Of a stretch of DNA of 33,193 bases, positions 22,517-33,193 are shown piece by piece. The stretch's first letter is position 1. Each line of letters begins with the position of its first letter. This DNA comes from Octopus bimaculoides (taxonomy: Eukaryota), in NCBI RefSeq assembly GCF_001194135.2, contig NC_068987.1, positions 28,730,888 to 28,764,080 of the forward strand. Direction: 5' to 3'. The translations under genes and the position numbers were made by a program. The notes under the pieces are model-generated. The model searched no databases. It was not told the origin of the DNA and saw nothing but the letters and a program-made list of their open reading frames with translations.

Positions 22517-25212
22517 CTTATTTGCATCAAACCGACGACGTTGAAATGCTTTTGAAGAAATGGATTTTTTTCTCTTTCACAGAAATAACAACGCAATACT
22601 CTTTGCACAGAATTGACCTTTTTATTAACTTTCCAGTTCGTGAAAGATTCAAATTTCTTGCTTGAAGACCATTTGACAGCAAATAATTTCTTCAAACACA
22701 TCGATCAAGACGGCTAAATCTTGCAGAAATTATTTGTGGGAAGACGATTGACTATTCTTCCATATTTTCTTTTTTAAAGAAAGACGTCGAACAATACTGG
22801 ATAAACAGCTATACTGCACAGCCGCTGATGTAAGATGGTAAGTGATCTATTTTATTGTTAAAAGTGTACCATTCATTAAAATTTATAATCAATGTTATCT
22901 TGAAATTTATATTCGTTGCATTTTGATTTTTCTTGATTGATAAAAACATCACGTATATTTCATCAATAAATATTTGAAAATGGCTTAATTCATTTATATC
23001 TTTAATACAATAACACATAGCATATTACAATCGAAAACCCAGGACGAAAATGATTCTTACCTGTAGCAATCACTCATGGATTGTTGTCAAGGATTGCCAA
23101 TTAAGGTGAATGTCATTTAATCGACTTCAATCTTTATTGTCAGGACTGAAAGTCAGTCACATGGGATATTATTAGTCGGTGACCTGTATAAAATTACTTT
23201 TAGCTGATGAAGTGTGATTAGAGTCCGTTCAAGGTCACAGTGATGTCCTTCGAAGTTGTATATTTTAGTCAGAAGTTTGCGTGAAATATTCAAAGGCACT
23301 CGAATTCCATTACCAATTATAGGACTTTACCAAATATTCTAATCGCAAATCTTTCTAGCGAGGTAGCTACGTCATGAAATCCTTAATGAGTAAGAAATAG
23401 GACACGGGAAAATCAGTGTGTTCAATGATAATGCACAATACGATGCAAATCATCACTTTTCACTAGTGATACATATATGGAATGATTCTGCAAAACCATA
23501 AACGGAATGGAATGCTCATTCAATGAACTGTGGATAAGAATGTCCCGGTTTTACTTCATTTAGATACACGCAAAATACCTGCGATGTGGGACACACAACG
23601 TTCCACCAGTTTTCACGAACGTCATACATTTATGCACTAAAGTGGAAACTTTTCTCTCGTTGTAACTCAAAGCACTATTCGTTCATACAGCGACACATCT
23701 GAAGTAAAACTGGCAGTTAATATACTGACTCCACATCCTACCTTGAAGCGCATTAGTCGACAATAAATACTTTTCCGACCTAGAGATACAAATCATGCTG
23801 ACATGCTTAGATTGAAAGAAAGAAGACAAGCAGTTCCATGAAAGACAGAAAAGAGGATATAAACTCTCCGCAGACCCCTCCACAACATTCTTCGGCTCTT
23901 TTCTAGAGTTCTACGTGGCCAACTTGTTTCTCATACGCAACAGGGCCACCGATACTCAATCCTGCGGATTCGTGACTGAATCCAGTCTCAGCAAGACCTG
24001 GGGAGCATAACAAAACATGACTTAAAGATCGACATATCATTTTATATTAGAATAGTATAAAAATCTGCCATACCTTCGGTGCTTTCTACAATAACATCGT
24101 GTTTCATAGAATATATCAAGCGGGTGAAGGGTGCTTTAGCCTGTTCGGCATAAATATAGCCTTCCCTACCAGGAAGGCCCATATCCATATTCAGCACAAA
24201 CATCAAACCTTTAAATACTACGTAGAAGCGAACGAAATCGCCCCCTGCATGTGCAGATGCGATTCAGTCGCTGAATCATGCTCGGTATGAAGCAACATGG
24301 AAAAAACATTGTCCATTAGAATCTGTGGTCGATATTTTCTAAAGAAAATGAGAATTTCTATATCTTTCTTAAAGTTCTTATAAAACATTTATACGTTGCT
24401 TTTGTCCGAGGGCTATCCTGCACTCACGTACGCATAGTAAGGAACCGTTAGGTTGTGGTATGTCAGTCTGGACATTTTGCACTTCTTCCAGTATCCGGTG
24501 CATTTCTAAACGCGGCCGTTCCGTTAATGGCCATAAAAGAAACAGACAGGATGGCGACAGTTACTGCACAACAGCTGCTGCCCCTCATCTCACACAATAA
24601 TGTATATGGTGATGGTAATCCTAAATGTATAGCAGTTCTTTGCGATTTCACCTGCTCCACTAGTGAGGTAAAATACAGTATGTACTTGACTGCTTTTAGC
24701 ATATTCATATTTCCATGTTTTGTTAACACAATTCACTAAAGTAGACTAAAGAGGATCAGTATCGTCACTAATTCTTGATGGTCAACACCAACAACAGCAA
24801 CGTCAACGTCTACCAACTGCATCAGCCTTGACACAAACACCAACAAAAACCAAAAATAAAACCAAACATTTTTATTTACTATTCTTTTACTACAACTACA
24901 ATAGCAACGCCAGCAAAGAATAAAAAAACAAACAAAAACAGATTAAGCTAGGATTATACTTAATAATCCTCCGATACTTAATGAAAACAATGGCTTTCCC
25001 AACAACGAGAAGAAACTAAAATGAACGCAAACATTCCATTTAATATTCTTTCGCCTCGTCTTCAACTGATAACAACGAACAACAGCAGCGACAAAAGCAA
25101 CAAAATCCTGAGTAAAAACAAGAATATCAGGAACGATAACGACAACAGCTAAAAGGAAAGTAACAATGACCTCTGATCTACTTAAATAAATAATATTATG
25201 CCAACAGTCAGT

Positions 25213-25430
25213 AAGGCGGCGAACTGACAGAACCGTTAGCACGCCGGGCGAAATACTTAACGCTATTTCGTCTGTCTTTATGTTCTGAGTTCAAATTCTG
25301 CCGAGTTCAACTTTGCCTTTCGTCCTTTCGGGCTCGATAAATTAAGTACCAGTTGCGTACTGGCGTCGATCTAATCGACTGGCGCCCTCACCCAAAATTT
25401 CGAGCCTTGTGCCTAGAGTGGAAAAGAATA
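25213..25430 (+). mobile_element. tRNA-derived SINE (second family), most complete copy
   Basis: A-box-like ctgacagaaccgttagc, B-box ctgaGTTCAAATTC, central gcctttcgtcctttcgggctcgataaattaagtaccagttg (recalled as a Nin/Deu-like conserved domain, unverified) and a 3' tail to tagagtggaaaagaata. Confidence 0.9.
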
Positions 25431-27377
25431 CCCCCACAGTCATCTATAACAGCTAATCCGCCTTCTACTTTTATAATTGCTATGGCCACAGCAGCTATGG
25501 TTATTATTACTGCTGTTGCTTGCATCACTACTACTGTGGTATAAGTTGCTGTTCATGCTTTTATTTCTTTTCAGTTTTCTAATTTTTACTCTGTTAATTT
25601 CCTGTGGCTTAACATTAATGTAGCTCCATTCTATAAGGTAGAGACATTCTCCTACCCTATAGTTTGCGTGGTTGGCACACTAGGTCGCCATGTCTTTCCG
25701 TTGTAAGCTTTTGGACTAATTCTGTGACCTTTCCACTCACAATTACCATCTACTGTTTCCTCCATGGTAGAAGGTTTATCGAAACTACTTGGCTAATTCT
25801 ATCTCTCCTTTTCAAATACCCAGTTTCTTCGGTTACCAAGGTCTCACACAGCACCTCTTACACGGAAACCACATGTTGCCTTTCCAACGCCTATCACCGT
25901 TGTGTAATATTCACTCTCTCTACAAATTTGTCTACAAAAGATGGTGTCTTCGCATAGTCAACACCAGCCACTGTGCCTGTCCACTTCTGGATTTCGGCAA
26001 CGACTGACAGTTGCTACTTGACGTAATCCCTCAAATGGATCCGGTCCTTCTATTAATCTCCTAAACTCTTCAAAACACAAGCAATTGTTTGACTATATTT
26101 CCTCCTGCATTGAGAACCTATATCTCACTTCATTCCTTTCTGAAGTCATTTGTCCTCACCGACTACAGCATTCGTAGCTCCTGAAATCTCCACCACTTAA
26201 ACACCCTCGTCCCACTTGTCTATTCACCTTTTGTCAACCTTACCTCATGCTACCTCCCGGCTCTGCACTCACCACTAAGCTCAATCACTTCCAGCAAGTA
26301 CAATCTTCTCATTCCTTATGTGGTTCGTTCTCGTGTTCAATTGCAATATGTTAAACGAAACCTTTACGGCATTAGCTTCATTCGTAGCGAAGCTCTGCAA
26401 GTGTCCAGTTGTTTTTATTTGGTTCTCAGCCGGTTATCTCAGAAGATACTGAGTCTTGGGAAATCTGTTTGACAACACGTTTTTCTTAGTCTTATCCATT
26501 AGTGTATTGATTAGATATGAATGTCACATTTCTTTATTAACAAAAGTTTATTAAGAACAAATAGTGTAAAATACATCCTTGCTTCAGTTTTGTTTTTAAT
26601 GAGGATGCATTCTAAATAAAGATTACTTTCACCTAATGTTCTCTTCTTTATGAAAACCGATGTATAGTCAATATTTCGGATATTATTTATTTCATATTAA
26701 TAGTGTGTAGTTATACTATGAGATTAATTGCAGGTGATGAGTCCCTATTAATTAGTGTAGGATCACACTTAACGGGAGTGATTTTATATTTTGTCACTAA
26801 GTTTACAGTTGGAAGCGCTATTTTATCATAGACATTTGGTCTCCAAATATTTTTGGCAGAGGGTTGATTTGTTTATTTTTACCAAAGCGGGTTGGTATTT
26901 CAGTATTGTAATTTGGGAATAAGTAGCAGGAAAGGCAACGTTGTGTTCATTAGTGACAGTGTTTGTGTCCGGATTTGGTTATTTAATACAGAATGTTTAG
27001 AATTGAGTCATATGTAAGTAATTTGTGAGGGGATTTGTGCCATCTGATTTCACTTCAATATTAGTTATTGTTGCTTCTGTATTGCCGTCTACAATAGCAT
27101 AGATTGGTCACTGATGCTTTTATCTTTCGTGCTTAATCCACTTTCAAGTTTCGCCAACGTGTATGCATACAAATGATATCCCCTAGTGATTTCTTTAATT
27201 TTATATTTGATCTACTGTCTTGCTGTTCTGTTATACGAAAGACAAACACATACGCAATAATATTGCGGTATATTTGATTTATGAAGTCTGTTATTTCATT
27301 GTGTTTGTCAAGATCTAACTTGCTATAACACTGGCGTCATATTCTGTCCGGCTAAATTTGGAAGTGGAGGAAGATAT

Positions 27378-27408
<31 letters not shown>

Positions 27409-27719
27409 CATATATATATTATTATTATTATTATTATTAGCCTTGGTCACAAGACAAAGATTGATTATGTTTGTATATGGCGGATCTCCGTCGTTCAACA
27501 TGGCGGATTATGCTCGATAAACTTAGTGAACTGCTCTTGAATTAATATGTAAATAACTGAGCATTCCGCAGACATTCTCAACTAATCAATTCACGCACTT
27601 ACTTAGAGTGACAGTCTGTAACAATGTCGTAACTTTTGAATTAGGTAGACACTCGAATGGAATTGCTTCTATACATATCCCATAGTTGCAAATAGACGTT
27701 CTTAATTCTGCGATACTAC

Positions 27720-28204
<485 letters not shown>

Positions 28205-28834
28205 AAAATATTAACTAGAATAAAGAATAACATACCATGTTTCATCTTTACCTTTCAACCTTCTCTCTCCTTGTATTTCATCGTTGCCGCTCCCTGCACT
28301 GATGTGAAGATTTCACATGTTGTTTGATTTCTTCGAGACTGAGTTGGCTTCTAAAATTATGTTAGTATTGATATTTGGATACATCTGATATCGAAACCAC
28401 TTAAATATGTACCGATTCCTATATCGTACCAATAAATTAATCTATTCCAAAATGCTTACACGATAGAAACACCTGTTTGGTTTTGTATGGTGTGATCATG
28501 CACTAAATATGAGCTATTCTTTATTCTAGAAATTTTTTTGAAATATTGTCTGGATTGTTTTTCGAAATTTCCGTAACTATTACATTTATTAATCTAACCG
28601 AAAGAACAACCGCGGATCAAAATTACTTTCGGATTTTATGGACATCTATTGTTCGATATCATTTACCAAGTTTTCTTTACTACAGATTGCTACAGAATGT
28701 TTAATAGAGATCTGGTAAGTGTGTATATGCGTATTTTAATTCAATAAGTAAATGCCTTGTTGTTTAGTTAATCAATTGTGATTTCATATTTTTAATTTTA
28801 CAATTGTTGAATGGATCACTTAACATGATTTGTC

Positions 28835-30032
28835 TAAGCCTCGGCACAATAAGTAGCCAAAGGATCGAATATGCCCTAAAAATATTTTTTTTTTTAAATT
28901 GTTTTGCAATTGTCTGATAATATAGACTTTTACTTGCCCAAGTATACCAATAAACTAACATTAATTTTTTTTTCACGGTTGTTACAGTAATCTGAAATGG
29001 AACTGTCAAAGCGTGATATTCGAGCGGTTTTGCTATTCAACTTCAAAAAAGGACGTAAAGTAGCTGACACTGCCTGCGATATCAACGAAACTTTTGGTGA
29101 GGAAATGACCAGTGATTGATCAGCTCAAAATGATTTAAATGATTTTGCAGTGGACAGGAGCCATGAAGTGCGTGAGCGTAATGGACGCCCATCTGTCATC
29201 GATGACGGCCAATTAAAGACCTTCATTGAGAAAGATCCACGTAAAACTACTCGAATACTGGCAAAAGAACTTCAAGGTAGCCAGAAAACTGCCTTCAACC
29301 ATTTGCATGTGATCGGAAAATAAAAAGCTCGACAAATGGTTACCACACGAATTTAATGAAAAATAAGAAAATGCGTAGATATGAAATTTGTTCGGCGTTT
29401 CTTCTCCGCAACCAGACCTATCCATTTCTTGACCCCCATTATAACTTGTGTTGAAAAGTGGATTCTGTACAATAATATAAAAAAAAAACGCATTCTTCTC
29501 TGTGATTGGACTAAAATCAGCTCTGGAACTGTTTGGTGGTGTACTGCTGGGCTCACCCACTATAACTTCTTAAAACCCGGAAAAATCATTACTGCAGTAA
29601 CAGATTGCCATGAAATTGCAAATAGGAAGGAAAATTCAATACTCCTCCGTCACATACTAGTCAACAGAAGAGAGCTAATCATTCTTCATGACAATGCTCA
29701 ACCACATGTTTCACTAATGATGGTCCAGAAGTTGAGGGAACTTGGCTACGAATTTCTTCCTCACCCAGCTTATTCTCCAGAGGTTTCCCCTACCCACTAC
29801 TACTTTTTCAAGTTCAAATTTCAAACCGATGCCGAAAGTGCGTTCAAAGAGTTCATCAGCTCAAGAACTCCAGATTTTTATGTTACCGGAATTCATAAAC
29901 TTGTAACTCGTTGGCAAAAATATGTTGATTGTAATGGTACTCACTCTGATGAATAAAATTTCCGTATTGTTCAAATATATTGTGATGAATTTCATGTTTC
30001 AAAACGTTGATTACTTTTTACTCAGCCAGATT
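28835..30032 (+). mobile_element. Mariner DNA transposon (Hsmar1/SETMAR-like), pseudogenised transposase 28997-29956
   Basis: MELSKRDIRAVLLFNFKKGRK...ERNGRPSVIDD...IEKDPRKTTR...KWLPHE; IITCVEKWILYNN (D1 to V); HDNAQPH; HPAYSPEVSPTHYYFF (D3 to H); KLVTRWQKYVDCNG. Right TIR about 30001-30030 (aaaacgttgattactttttactcagcca); left TIR degenerate at about 28835-28865. Confidence 0.93.
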
Positions 30033-30055
30033 TTGGTACTTCCCTCCCTCTTTAC

Positions 30056-30056
<1 letters not shown>

Positions 30057-30117
<61 letters not shown>

Positions 30118-30255
30118 CTCTCATTGTTTTCTCTCTCTCATTGTTTTCTCTCTCTCATTGTTTTCTCTCTCTCATTGTTTTCTCTGTCTCATTGTTTTCT
30201 CTCTCTCTCATTTTTTCCTCTCTCTCTCTCTCTATTTTTCTTTCTCTTTCCATCT
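30057..30255. repeat. (CT)n microsatellite with embedded 17-bp minisatellite (cattgttttctctctct, about 6 units)
   Basis: Directly visible at about 30105-30215. Confidence 0.9.
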
Positions 30256-30834
30256 CTAAATAGTTTCTCTTTTGCTCCACAAAATTTGTGAAGATGCATG
30301 ACAACATAGATATCATTCACAGTACGAAAACTTCCCCTGTTTTTATTCGAATTCTACCTGTTTTAAAAATCATCTCACCCTGCTATTCTCTTTGACGGCC
30401 ACAGCGGATCACTTGGCAGCACAAATAAAATGAAATTTTTTATCACAAAATTGAACTTCGATGGAGTCATACCAACTAGTTATATCGCCGCTTGCCAACT
30501 CAGTATACTAGATACAATTAACATAAATATAATCAAATATTCTCTTTAAGTCTGACCTGATAATATTTACCATCACTAACCGTTCGAAACTATATTTAAG
30601 GGTAGAATGGCAAATCATAAGACCTTCAATTTTGTCAGAGCACAGTGACACCAGCAAAGAACGTTTTCCCCAAATTAAGGAACTATTCTGAATATGTCCA
30701 ATAGACTGGACGTCCACTAAAGATAATCAGTGTCTAGGCCGTGGCGTTCACCACGCAATGAAAGAAAACTACCAGCCAAAACGTAGAGCGCAATAAGAGA
30801 CGGAATAATTTTGCCCTTCCACACCATCCTAGGC

Positions 30835-30960
30835 TAATAATTGATATCATTCACCCAGAAATATAAACACAATAAGGAATTCAGCGTGATTTGAACTTAA
30901 ATTGCAGAAAGTTGCTCCAAATATTTCAAGGCAGTAAAAAACATTACTGGTTCTCCGCTG
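30835..30960 (-). mobile_element. Highly diverged SINE head
   Basis: cagcgtgatttgaacttaa resembles the reverse-complement B-box region ggaatttgaactcag of the other copies. Confidence 0.35.
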
Positions 30961-33193
30961 AATTCACAAAGTCCTCAGGACAATTTATTGTTCGATAACA
31001 TAAACAACAATATCAATGGGAAAATAACCAATCATTCAATAACAAATCAACAACGGCACCATAAAACAAAACAAAAACTGTCGCCACGCTAATGAGCTTA
31101 AAATATATCTAACAGGAATAGACGCAATGGTATTTGGTTGTACATCCCCTCTCTTTAAAAATTAAGTCTAAAATACTAAAATATTCTCTAGCCTTAAAGG
31201 AAAAAATTCCCATTAATTCCTCGTTACAGAAATTTATTCGACACAAATGCCTTCAATTTGGGTTGTAGTTGTATTAACGATATGAAGAATTTAATTACAA
31301 GTAATTAAACAACTGAAGCAAAGGAACCATGCAGAAAAACATAAATCTATGACTTATTCGTTGGTCATGCAACAATGAACAATCATCTGCGAGACACTGA
31401 TTATGTGCAACAGAGCAAATATTTCGATTGTATATAAACACTATACCAAAATAGTGGAACGTAAATTTAAGTAATAATATCTCATCCATAGTATTTTCTT
31501 CATAAAGTAGATAAGAGGAACGTAACTTAACTATCAAATTATTTATTGACAGTGAAAGAACATGTTACTGCTTACGACACAAAGCAGTAGATCAAAGAAG
31601 TTGTGAATTATATGGAAATAGAACAATTATGTATGGTTTATGCACAGATGATGTGGACTTCATGGTAATGAGCATCAATAAATCTGCTGACAGTTTAAAT
31701 GAGACGATATCTATTGAAGATCAGAAATATTCAATAAATGCCGTCACTTTGAATTAATACAAACAAAAAAACTATTAAGTTATATTGGTACAAACTAATA
31801 GTTCAAAGTTTTCCAAAATGCCATTTACCAAACAACACTCGTATATTAATGTGCTCTCCCCTTATTCAGCATCCTAACTAAAAATATTAGTTCTTTAAAC
31901 TTTAGCACAAGTGCAAAGGCCTTTACTTCATTACTGACGTATTTTGCTTCTAACTCAATATTTCAGTCATTACGTTTATTTATCAATGCACATATTTCCA
32001 TACCTTACCTCATTATAGCTTCAGGTATTTTAAAGTATGTTTCAACATAAACAGGTTTGTTACTATTATTTGAAATTAGATCTGGAAATTTTAATTGTGA
32101 TATCATTAAATATTTCGTGTGACAAATTCTGTTTGGGAAACGTGTATTTTACTATCCAGCAAAAGAAGCTGGCAATAACAGCAGCGACCTCTAGATTTAA
32201 GGAGGATTTAAAATACATAACGCTTCATATATATATATATATATTTGGGAATAGTATAATAGTGAGTTTAAAAGATATCAGTGATTCACAGAAGTCATTG
32301 ATTCAAAGACTCAAATAAGGATACACACATTTTTTATCTGAGGTAGGGTCGGATTTGTTTGTATGCTGGCAGTGAAACTTCTGTATGAGATGACTTTTAA
32401 GCATAATTCTGGTAGAAAACTCGAGCATGCAATGTGTTCAACTTTATTTCCCAGTTAGCGCTACCAATTTGCGTAATCTCACACTACATTTTTTCACATT
32501 ACATATTTCTCCCCACTCTTCATTCCATTCTTCATTTTGTTGCTCCTTCTATATCTCTCTCCTTTAAAACCTAAATCCATCTTCATTCCTTCACTTACCA
32601 TACGTTCAGCTCATTATTCATCCTTCTATCTCACTTTCCAGTCACCATTTTACCACTGAATTTCCAACTCGGCCCATTACAAACCCCACCACACCTAATT
32701 TCAACTTCCTATGTGAAAACTATTATAAATTAACATATTTTAATGGTTCTTGAAATATAATATGTCTAATGAGAATTAGCAAATGGACACACAAGAGTTT
32801 GAATAAACACCTTTACAAAATAATTTATATTAAATATCGTGTTTTTCATGAATGTGAACTAGAATTATTACCAAACTGGGATGTTCCAAATGTCAGTTTT
32901 CCCATGTCAAATTGCTCTTGGAAACTGCAAATAAATCTTCGCCATCCGAAAATACACCTGGATGTTTAACAAAAGAAGATCATACACAATATGACATCCA
33001 GCACACACTTGCTTACAAATACAACAAGAGAGTGCAGCAGCGTGCATTCCATTTCGATGAAAAAAAAACAAGCAAATGATATACATTTATGATACAACAA
33101 AAATCATTAGTTATAAAACTTACGTAAGTCTACCAAGAGGATAGAAGACGCAAAAGTATGTCTGTATGAATGTGTATATATATATATATATAT

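Noticed and set aside
25640-26330. Possible RTE/LINE 3' remnant on the minus strand
   Set aside because: The purine-rich texture is suggestive but no RT or C-terminal motif was convincingly recovered.
31345-31664. THEM6-like echoes (DLFVGHATMNNHLRD and YGLCTDDVDFM)
   Set aside because: The motifs are in the wrong order, gapped and very short; likely over-matching.

Overview
AT-rich, repeat-dominated eukaryotic DNA with five assembly gaps. It is most likely coleoid cephalopod (octopus-like), judged from recalled tRNA-derived SINE families and abundant (ATT)n/(AGT)n/(AT)n/(CA)n tracts; this assignment is unverified. No host protein-coding gene can be called confidently, and most ORF-track entries are translated microsatellites. 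The main content is a nest of decayed Penelope-like elements (PLE; RT plus C-terminal GIY-YIG) at 9.6-14.1 kb. It comprises one nearly full-length degenerate plus-strand copy and two minus-strand 3' copies ending at the same base against (ATT)n, one of them with a 5' inversion. Directly upstream of the PLE ORF, one frameshift away, is the catalytic-Cys segment of an Ulp1/SENP (C48)-like protease, the most interesting signal here. The PLE endonuclease has a permuted CxxH...Hx5C motif, and the 3' ends carry a degenerate hammerhead-like core. Also present: an internally deleted Helitron remnant, a dead mariner, several SINEs, a possible very old Ty3/Gypsy remnant with a palindrome cluster, and a 103-bp inverted repeat pair.
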